DNA from: Candidatus Woesearchaeota archaeon
GTDB taxonomy: Archaea > Nanobdellota > Nanobdellia > UBA10117 > ARS21
Assembly: GCA_964344605.1 (NCBI GenBank)
Contig: CAYFNR010000001.1
Span: forward strand, 23,439-87,438
Direction: 5' to 3'
DNA: 64,000 nucleotides
Position numbers and translations under genes: made by a program. The notes below the pieces were generated by a model that was given only the letters and a program-made list of their open reading frames with translations, did no database searches and was not told the DNA's origin. Below, piece by piece: positions 49,395 to 57,139 of this stretch. Numbering within the stretch: the stretch's first letter is position 1; each line of letters starts with the position of its first letter.

Positions 49395-52271
49395 TTATTT
49401 CACTATTTTAATGTTCTCCTTTTTACAATCCAATAATAACGTTTTTCCACCTTTAATCTGTTCGAATAATTCACCGCACCCGATTGCGGCCGGAAGTCCG
49501 AACTCTGCGCAGCGTATGGACATATGGGAAGCGACTCCACCATACTTGGTGATTAGACCAGCAGGCTTTTTTGTGAATATCCAATCGTAACCTGGATCTC
49601 CATTTTCTATAAGTACAATTTTATTTTCTAAGTTTGGGGTTGTATCATTGCCAGTCAAAACAAAAATATCTGCTTCTACTCTCTTTTGTGTCGTAAAATT
49701 GGGTTTTGGTTTGTAGGAGGATACGACTTCAAAATCTTTCCAGGATTGTATGATTGGTGGCAAGATTAGGGAGTTATTTATTCGGCGCTCTCCGATGCGA
49801 TGTTCTATTACTGTTTCTAATATAGATTTAATTTTTCCTATATCTTCTATTTCCGAAGCAAGCTTTATAGAATTAATATCTAACTGAGATAATAACTCTC
49901 TTGAAAATCCCAAGTCTCTCCCAGCATCCGCAATTAACTCCATTGCATCGCTAAGATTTTTAGAAAACTCAAATTTCGAAAATTCTCTAGACTCTAACGC
50001 GTCTTTCGTAAACGCGAAAAGTTCTTTTGAGTTGAATATGAGACCGTGCTCTTTTAATATATCTGAGATTTTTTTGTGAACGGCACCGTCAATTTCGAAA
50101 CTTTCCTTATTTTCTTGCTGTATTGAGTTCAACTTTCCACCTAATAAATCAGGATTTTTATCATACCTCTGTACCGTAATGTCATACGTTCCCGGACGTA
50201 GGTGCCCATATAGATTAAGGAATTTTTCTTTGCTGAGTTCGCCGTTAACTAAGGTATTAAAATCATCGTTCATTTTGGAAGCTACCGTGTATATGGAATT
50301 CATGAAGTTCTGATAAAAGGTTTTTTCAATAATACCTTCTGTCGATAAGCTGTTCAAAATTATTTTACCAATAAAAGCAAGTCTTGCTAACCTTGAGAAC
50401 TGGACAGTCCCTTGAGACACACAATTATCAAGTAAGTCCACAGCTAGACTTAGTTTTTCTTGTGTAGAGACTCCTTTCGAAACTTTATCATGAATTTTTT
50501 TCCTGAAAGCTTCCATATTTTTTGCTGTGTTTAGATCTGTTTTAATATCTTCTTTGTTCGCAAATAAGTTATTGGTCAAATCTAGTAACGCTGTCCTGAG
50601 TTCAGCTATTTCTTGGTTAGAGAAACCAGCTTCCTTCAGCTCTTTCGAACGTTTTTCAAAACCCAAATCATAACAAGTATACAGAACTTTAAACTCAACT
50701 TTATCTTGTAGCTCTTGATTATTTCTCAATTTGTTTATGTAAAAATCAACCAGTTTTCCCCTTAATTTTTTTGAAACTGGACTTGGTACAAATGAGTTAA
50801 ATGTATTCCTCACATTTATATATGGTTTATTTCCAAAAAGAACGACAAGCTTTGCAGGGTTGACATCGTAGTAGTTTTGAGATGTCCTTGCCTTGTGCCA
50901 GGCTGAATCTGTAATTATGTAATCATATAAAGAGTAATCTAGATAATTAGGATTTGATCCAATTATTTCAGCAGGGTTCCAATCGGGCATGTCGGCAAAG
51001 ATAGTGTTATCTCCTGCTAAATGTTCTTGCCTTTGCGAAATGTTCGAGAATTGTTGTTTTAGGTCTTCAATTTTTTCTTTCACTTCAACGTCTAGATTAT
51101 AAGAGGATTTTATATTTACACTCATAGGTCTGACTTGAAAGATTACGACTTCCCCATCTTTATTTACAGCAAATTCTATATCCAATTCCATGTTCGGTAA
51201 GAGTGATTCAATCTCTTTTACAGCAAGAAGAACTTTTTGTAAGTTCGCGGGGAAATTTTCCTCGTCGCAAGAACGCGAAATATATACAACTTTATTCTCA
51301 AGACCTTTTGTTACTGTGTCAGTTAAACCTGTAACATCATCGTAATTGATTACGTAATAGGGATTGTTCGTTTCCAACTGTCTTGTAAAAATAACTCCAC
51401 TACATTTTGGGTCTTTTGTCTGTCTTTGTACAAGTATTTGATTGCTTGTATGGTAGGAGTTTTTTTTAGTATATGTTTCAATTACTTTTTCAACTGCAGT
51501 TTTAATTTCTTTTTTGTCCCTGACTTTAACATCTAGTTCACTATAGAAGTAACCTGCCATGGAGTTTTCAAGAGAATCTTCATTCAATGCAGAACTCCTG
51601 ACAACAATTTTTTCTGAGCCAGAGAAAAACTCTTGTATTTGATTTAAAACATATTGTTCATTACTTTCCCATTCAGCTACAGTAAATACGAAAGAATCCT
51701 CAATCTTTCCATTTTTTAGAGTCAATTGTAGCGATTTGAGAGTGTCGGCTTTTGTAGATATTTTCGCTTTTGCCGAGCCTTCAGAAAACTCTTGTATTTT
51801 AAAAAACTTGGTGAAGGTCTCAAAATCTTTGAATAAATTTTTATAATGTTCAAACAGTTTATTAATTATTCTAAAGTCAGATAGACCAGCATAGTAAGGA
51901 TGTTGTACAAGCCTAGCCCCAATTTGTTGTAAGCTTGAAGCTGCAGGATATTTTCTCCAGTTAGACCCTAACACAACCAATAATTCAACGTCCGGGAATC
52001 TTTCCCTAATCTTCTTTAAGTTAATTATTGGGTCAAAGTCTTCTTGTATTATTACTTCATCAACACATTTTAATCCAGATACTACAGCTTTTCTTTCTTC
52101 TAAATTCGCTATTGGTTTTCTTTTGGTTGTTTGGGTAGCTTCGTCGCTAAGTACACCACAAATATGATAATCCCCTATGGAGTTCGCAAATTCCAAAGAT
52201 CTAAGATGGCCGTAGTGGAACAAATCAGCAACTACTGGACTGTAAGTGATACGTTTAATTTTCTTAGACAT
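49395..52271 (-). CDS. Fusion of a TagD-like cytidylyltransferase domain and a PEP-synthase/PPDK-like phosphohistidine kinase (Cj1418-like candidate amide kinase)
   Basis: 958 aa. N-terminal HxGH (DLFHYGHLRS). ATP-grasp PPDK_N-like blocks IVVRSSALNEDSLENSMAGYFYS and DIEFAVNKDGEVVIFQVRPM. C-terminal swivel domain GGVASHMSIRCAEFGLPAAIG, with the His codon at 49524-49526. Confidence 0.85.
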   Translation of the reverse strand: MSKKIKRITYSPVVADLFHYGHLRSLEFANSIGDYHICGVLSDEATQTTKRKPIANLEERKAVVSGLKCVDEVIIQEDFDPIINLKKIRERFPDVELLVVLGSNWRKYPAASSLQQIGARLVQHPYYAGLSDFRIINKLFEHYKNLFKDFETFTKFFKIQEFSEGSAKAKISTKADTLKSLQLTLKNGKIEDSFVFTVAEWESNEQYVLNQIQEFFSGSEKIVVRSSALNEDSLENSMAGYFYSELDVKVRDKKEIKTAVEKVIETYTKKNSYHTSNQILVQRQTKDPKCSGVIFTRQLETNNPYYVINYDDVTGLTDTVTKGLENKVVYISRSCDEENFPANLQKVLLAVKEIESLLPNMELDIEFAVNKDGEVVIFQVRPMSVNIKSSYNLDVEVKEKIEDLKQQFSNISQRQEHLAGDNTIFADMPDWNPAEIIGSNPNYLDYSLYDYIITDSAWHKARTSQNYYDVNPAKLVVLFGNKPYINVRNTFNSFVPSPVSKKLRGKLVDFYINKLRNNQELQDKVEFKVLYTCYDLGFEKRSKELKEAGFSNQEIAELRTALLDLTNNLFANKEDIKTDLNTAKNMEAFRKKIHDKVSKGVSTQEKLSLAVDLLDNCVSQGTVQFSRLARLAFIGKIILNSLSTEGIIEKTFYQNFMNSIYTVASKMNDDFNTLVNGELSKEKFLNLYGHLRPGTYDITVQRYDKNPDLLGGKLNSIQQENKESFEIDGAVHKKISDILKEHGLIFNSKELFAFTKDALESREFSKFEFSKNLSDAMELIADAGRDLGFSRELLSQLDINSIKLASEIEDIGKIKSILETVIEHRIGERRINNSLILPPIIQSWKDFEVVSSYKPKPNFTTQKRVEADIFVLTGNDTTPNLENKIVLIENGDPGYDWIFTKKPAGLITKYGGVASHMSIRCAEFGLPAAIGCGELFEQIKGGKTLLLDCKKENIKIVK

Positions 52272-52288
52272 TAGTTGCCTCTTGTGAG

Positions 52289-52302
52289 ATATTTATTTAA
52301 AG
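52289..52302 (-). promoter_or_regulatory. TATA-box candidate for the 52271 kinase operon
   Basis: The minus strand reads ctttaaataaatat, ending about 18 nt upstream of the ATG, in a divergent intergenic region. Confidence 0.35.
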
Positions 52303-52384
52303 ATAATGAAAGAAAAGTACACAGATTCGAATTGTAGAATAGTATTTGATAATCTTTATTAACTAATTACTTCAACAAGCCAGA

Positions 52385-53167
52385 ATGGCCGAGAAGAGCC
52401 TGTACCAAATTTATATGAAGGATGGCATGTATCAATCTAATTTAAGAGGCCATAGTCTGTACTTAAAATTTATTCGTTGGTTGGGATTTTTTCCATTTTA
52501 CATATTTCATAAATTAGGTCTCACAGCAAATGCAGCGTCCTTTGTAGGGTTCTTAATAGAATTGCTTGGGGTTGGACTTTTCCTAACGTCACATTATTTT
52601 TTGGCGGCGCTTATGATTTTCATAGGTGTAGTTTTTGATTTCTTTGATGGTGTTCTCGCAAGAACGCGAAATGAAGTTGGAACTCTCAATACAGCCCTAC
52701 TCTGTAGTTTACATCATTTCTTCACACCTACTTTAGTTCTAGCTGCAGGATTTATTAATTACTATTTTTTGACTAAAGATGTTGATGTCCTTTTGCTTGC
52801 TCTTGTTGTAGGGGTGGCTTCTGCCATGACTTTTCAACTTATTATAATACGTGGCAGAGCCCTGTTTAAGTACTATCCTGGCTTTGCAAACAAACAAGAA
52901 GAAGTTCTTGTCAATAGGAGACATAGTATAATATTCAGAACAGAACAGTTGCTGGAGAGAATTATTGATCACGGATATGCTATGATATTAGTATATGCTG
53001 TTAATCCTTTGGTATTCATTGGTCTGTTTTCAATTTTGATACCAGCAAGGCTTTTGAGCGTTTTCACTTATTTTTACTTTACAAACAGGAAACTCGAGAA
53101 GCAACTTGTAAAGTATAAGAAAGAACATACTAAAGGAGAAGGAGGTAGAAAGCTATATAATATTTAG
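52385..53167 (+). CDS. CDP-alcohol phosphatidyltransferase-like membrane protein, divergent motif
   Basis: 260 aa, polytopic. DFFDGVLAR is present, but the downstream GxxxDxxxD is replaced (TRNEVGTLNTALLCSLHH). Confidence 0.65.
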   Translation: MAEKSLYQIYMKDGMYQSNLRGHSLYLKFIRWLGFFPFYIFHKLGLTANAASFVGFLIELLGVGLFLTSHYFLAALMIFIGVVFDFFDGVLARTRNEVGTLNTALLCSLHHFFTPTLVLAAGFINYYFLTKDVDVLLLALVVGVASAMTFQLIIIRGRALFKYYPGFANKQEEVLVNRRHSIIFRTEQLLERIIDHGYAMILVYAVNPLVFIGLFSILIPARLLSVFTYFYFTNRKLEKQLVKYKKEHTKGEGGRKLYNI

Positions 53168-53184
53168 CGTTAAGGTGATATAAA

Positions 53185-54051
53185 ATGGCAGAAGAAAAGA
53201 AAGGAAATCCAACAACTTTTTTAGATTGGGGAAAAACAACTGGAAACCACAGAGTTACATATGCCTATCATGAAGGTCAAGAGGCCTATGATCTGTATAT
53301 GGGTGCAAGATATGTTTGCGATATGATTGCATATCGCAATGGAGAAATAGATAAAGTGTTTCATCCAGAAGACTTAAGAGATAATACCAGAAAATACTCG
53401 GGTCTTGTTGCATGCGATAATGGCTCAGACGAACTTACTTTTTATGAAGTTGGTTCTTCAGTAATGGGTGTTATAGATGCTTTGGAGTATTTGAATATTG
53501 AGTATAACCAACTAGATATCAAAGATACTAAATTCCTTGGAGTTGATAACTCTAAGTGGATGAATGCTGTTGCTGAATATACTCATGAGCAGTACAATTT
53601 AAAATTATGGGAAGATGTAAAAGATGCTGAAGGTGTAGAGTGTGATTTGTTCTTTGCAAAAGGTGTTTCTTTGATGTATGCTTTCCAAGATGAAGACGCC
53701 ATGTGTGACGTGCTAAAAAATAGCAAACTCGCGATATTTGATTACACTTTTTCTTTGGATGGGAAAATACAAGATCATACTGGAACAGGATTAGGAGTTA
53801 CTTATTTGAATTTAGACAAATGTAAAGGAATTCTCGAGAGAGAAAAGGGTAAAATATTGGTGATGAAGCCCTATCAAATCAAAACTTACCATCAAGGAGA
53901 CCCGACTAAAGCCAGTTTTGATTGTATATATGGGGAGAGGGAAATAATTGATAAGTATCTTGCTGATTTAGAAGATAAAACTGGTGAGAATCTATACAAC
54001 TATGGAAATCCAAAGTTCATAAAAGGTGGTAGAGTTTACAACATAGAGTAG
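53185..54051 (+). CDS. Hypothetical soluble protein, possible Rossmann-fold methyltransferase
   Basis: 288 aa, preceded by AAGGTGAT. A weak motif-I-like FYEVGSSVMG is followed by FLGVDNS and CDLFFAKGVSLMYAF. The assignment is tentative. Confidence 0.45.
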   Translation: MAEEKKGNPTTFLDWGKTTGNHRVTYAYHEGQEAYDLYMGARYVCDMIAYRNGEIDKVFHPEDLRDNTRKYSGLVACDNGSDELTFYEVGSSVMGVIDALEYLNIEYNQLDIKDTKFLGVDNSKWMNAVAEYTHEQYNLKLWEDVKDAEGVECDLFFAKGVSLMYAFQDEDAMCDVLKNSKLAIFDYTFSLDGKIQDHTGTGLGVTYLNLDKCKGILEREKGKILVMKPYQIKTYHQGDPTKASFDCIYGEREIIDKYLADLEDKTGENLYNYGNPKFIKGGRVYNIE

Positions 54052-54052
54052 T

Positions 54053-54820
54053 CTACCTCTTCTTTTCTATTTTTTTCAATATATTATATGTAGACTTGAA
54101 AAAAACAACAGATCTAAGTGGTACAAATAATCCGTAAAAGATTAAGTAGGAGCTTGTTATATTATACTCAAAGAAATAAAGCAGCAGGACAACAGTAGTT
54201 ATTTCTCTAAGCCGATATGTTGGAAAGGATGCCAATTTTAGAAGTAGTAAATCTTTTCTATTTGCTAACCCTATTTGAGAAGGAATTGCTTTATGCAGCT
54301 TATATGCGCGTCCTTTAACAGCTTCCGGATTTCTTAAAATTACCAACTGCTTTAATAAGAGTAGAAATCCTGTCGCCAATTGAAAAAAACCAGCAGCAAA
54401 ACCTGCATATAATAGCCAGATATCTCCGCTTAACTTGTAAAAACCAAACCCGAGACCAACAAATATGAAAGAGGGGTTGATATGGTGATATGTTCTTCCT
54501 AAGAATCCACTCTGTAATTTCGTAACACCTTTCCTACACCTCGCAACGAGTCCGTCCATATAATCAAAAAACTCTCCAAAATAAAATAGTAGCAGCCCAA
54601 GTGCAAAGTATATAGGCTTTCCAAAAGCAAAGAATAAGGAAGCCAAGAGTATAATTAATATAGAAAGTAGAGTTACCATGTTGGCCGTTATTGGTGTTTT
54701 TAGAATAGCCCATACACAATATACAGCTATTCTCCTAAAAAATTTATACACGATGCTAACTTTAAAATGTCGATCTCTATTATATGCCTGCTTTTTGATT
54801 TCTCTCACACTAGTTTTCAT
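54053..54820 (-). CDS. CDP-alcohol phosphatidyltransferase-like membrane protein, divergent motif
   Basis: 255 aa, polytopic. ITANMVTLLS and DYMDGLVAR are present, and the second half-motif is replaced (CRKGVTKLQSGFLGRTYHH). Confidence 0.65.
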   Translation of the reverse strand: MKTSVREIKKQAYNRDRHFKVSIVYKFFRRIAVYCVWAILKTPITANMVTLLSILIILLASLFFAFGKPIYFALGLLLFYFGEFFDYMDGLVARCRKGVTKLQSGFLGRTYHHINPSFIFVGLGFGFYKLSGDIWLLYAGFAAGFFQLATGFLLLLKQLVILRNPEAVKGRAYKLHKAIPSQIGLANRKDLLLLKLASFPTYRLREITTVVLLLYFFEYNITSSYLIFYGLFVPLRSVVFFKSTYNILKKIEKKR

Positions 54821-56070
54821 TTGAATAACACGTTGAATTTGCTTTTGTCATATAACCCTTCTGAAACTTTTCCGTCGAAGTCTTTTTTATTGAGTAGCAA
54901 ATGGTGCTCGTTGTGGGAAGTAGAAACTAAATCTCCTACAAAAACCGGGCCCTTACAAACCCTTTGCATTTCTTTCACAACTTTGGACGCGTGCTCTTTA
55001 TCTGGGAAATACTGAAAGATGGAATATGCAAACACTTTATCGAAGCTGTTATCTATAAAAGGCAAAATACTCGCTTCTCCAACCACAACATTATTTTTTA
55101 GTATTTTGTTGTGTTTTTTAACCATAGATTTCGCATAATCCATGCCAATATAGTTACACTTTAAATATTGTGCAATCATGCCTGCTCCACATCCAACTTC
55201 TAAAACTTTATCCTTTTCTTTGATATTGAGGATATCTGTTAGTTCGTTTGCAATTTTTCCGATATTAGCACCAGTTAAATCAAAACCATCGAGCCTGACA
55301 AGATCTGAAGTGTCTTCATTTCCTTTACGCTCCCATATCTCTTTCCAATTGAGCTTGAAGGCTTTTTCCAGTTTAGGATAAGTTATTTCCCTGGCTCTTT
55401 GTAGATCCTCCTGTGTATCTATCTTTGTCCAAATAAGGTCTTCAACACATAGAGAAGATATGGGAGTTCCTTTTTTAGCTAATTTTAAGATACCTTCTTC
55501 AAGCCACAACTTCTTATTATCTCTTATTTTTGCCAGTTCATTAACGAAGTCCTTTGTTAATTTAGATATGCCAATAAATTCACCACTGGATTTGTCCCTG
55601 TTCAAATCTTTTCCTAGATTAGTAATATAATTTGACTCGTCTGTGTACACTAAAATTTCATCTCCAGACCCGCTAATTTTTGAAGTTAATATGATATTTT
55701 CCTCTTTGGCAGATAATATTTTTTTAATGGCACTTGGAGTATATAATAAATCGGATTCAATAACTAGCACAGCATCATCTATCAAATCTTTAGCACAAAG
55801 TAAAGAAAATAAACTATCAGTTTCAAGGTATTCGCTGTTATCAACATAAGTTATCTTTATACTATTATATATATTACCCAATCTTCTTTTAATTTTATCT
55901 CCCAAATATCCTGTAACCAAAATTACTTCATTTATTCCATTATGTAATAGTGACTTAAACGAATAATCTAATAAAGATTCACCTTTAATATCTACCAAAC
56001 ATTTTGGCATGTTGTTTGTGAGAGGGCTAAGTCTCCTTCCTTGCCCCGCGGCAAGAATCACAGTTTTCAT
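54817..56070 (-). CDS. Fusion of a LicC-type nucleotidyltransferase and a class I SAM-dependent methyltransferase
   Basis: N-terminal MKTVILAAGQGRRLSPLTNNMPKCLV. C-terminal motif I VLEVGCGAGMIAQYL and motif II-like FDKVFAYSIFQYF. Confidence 0.85.
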   Translation of the reverse strand: MKTVILAAGQGRRLSPLTNNMPKCLVDIKGESLLDYSFKSLLHNGINEVILVTGYLGDKIKRRLGNIYNSIKITYVDNSEYLETDSLFSLLCAKDLIDDAVLVIESDLLYTPSAIKKILSAKEENIILTSKISGSGDEILVYTDESNYITNLGKDLNRDKSSGEFIGISKLTKDFVNELAKIRDNKKLWLEEGILKLAKKGTPISSLCVEDLIWTKIDTQEDLQRAREITYPKLEKAFKLNWKEIWERKGNEDTSDLVRLDGFDLTGANIGKIANELTDILNIKEKDKVLEVGCGAGMIAQYLKCNYIGMDYAKSMVKKHNKILKNNVVVGEASILPFIDNSFDKVFAYSIFQYFPDKEHASKVVKEMQRVCKGPVFVGDLVSTSHNEHHLLLNKKDFDGKVSEGLYDKSKFNVLFK

Positions 56071-56072
56071 TC

Positions 56073-57137
56073 CTAGCTAAGGATATCCTCTTTTTTAATA
56101 TCTTTTAAGGCTCCGAGCAGTACTTCATTATCTTTTTTATTTCTTACTCCTAAACGTATAAATGAATCGGTGTCAAACTCTTTCTGGTTCAGACCTTCTT
56201 TTACCATGAGCCTATGATTATCATATAGTGTCTCAGCTAGCTTTCTAGCACTACCTTCAACTTTACAAAATACTGCGTTTGCGCTGGTTGGATAAGGAGT
56301 TAGGTAAGGTATATCATTTAGATTTTCAAGAAACCATTTAGTATCTTCAACACTTTTAACAATAGATTCTTCATGTTCCTCTTTATAATCTGGAAGCATT
56401 TCGATTATATATTCAGTAACTGAGTTTATGTTCCAAATAGGTAAGTGAGCTCTTACTTTCTTTTTTACATTTTCATTGCTCGTAAGCATGTAACCCAACC
56501 TAAGACCTGCAATGCCAATAGATTTCGTACAGCTCGCAACAACAATTAAATTATCATATTTCGATATAAGTTGTTCTGCAGAGTGCTCCGGACCAGCGAA
56601 AGTCATAAACGCTTCGTCAACAATTAAGTTCACTCCAGAGTTTAATATATATTCAATATCCTTTATAGGTGTAAGATTGCCAACAGGATTGTTTGGATTT
56701 ATTATAACGGCGTATTCGCTGTTTGATTCGTTTACTTCTTCTATTAATTTGTTTGGGTCTAAAATGAAATCATTTTCTTCGTCCAAAAGATATTTATGGA
56801 TTTTATCCTCTGGCAATCTCACAAATTCATTGAAAGTAGGCAGTGCGACTGTGACTTTAGTTATCACATGGTCATTAAGCATACGAATGAGTTCAGAGGA
56901 ACCATTTCCTATAACAAGGTTGTCTGCATTGAAGTAATCTTCATCTTTCCATTTAGCAAGTAGTTCTGCTATTACACGCTGACTTGAGGGGTAATAATTC
57001 CCTATTTTTGGCAGTTGGTCCGCCAGCTCCTTATAAAACTCTTTTGTTGGAAAATAGTGATTGAATAAATAGTGAAAGTCCAAGTGGTCATCTCGCCAAT
57101 AACCTCCGTGCCTGCTTCTTATCTCGTCAATTCCCAA
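56073..57137 (-). CDS. Class I/II PLP enzyme of the HisC/CobD type (candidate phospho-amino-acid decarboxylase or aminotransferase)
   Basis: N-terminal HGG, then NPNNPVG, LIVDEAF and the PLP-Lys context SCTKSIGIAGLRLGY. TTG start 2 nt after the upstream stop; there is no ATG until about residue 84. Confidence 0.75.
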   Translation of the reverse strand: MGIDEIRSRHGGYWRDDHLDFHYLFNHYFPTKEFYKELADQLPKIGNYYPSSQRVIAELLAKWKDEDYFNADNLVIGNGSSELIRMLNDHVITKVTVALPTFNEFVRLPEDKIHKYLLDEENDFILDPNKLIEEVNESNSEYAVIINPNNPVGNLTPIKDIEYILNSGVNLIVDEAFMTFAGPEHSAEQLISKYDNLIVVASCTKSIGIAGLRLGYMLTSNENVKKKVRAHLPIWNINSVTEYIIEMLPDYKEEHEESIVKSVEDTKWFLENLNDIPYLTPYPTSANAVFCKVEGSARKLAETLYDNHRLMVKEGLNQKEFDTDSFIRLGVRNKKDNEVLLGALKDIKKEDILS

Positions 57138-57139
57138 GA

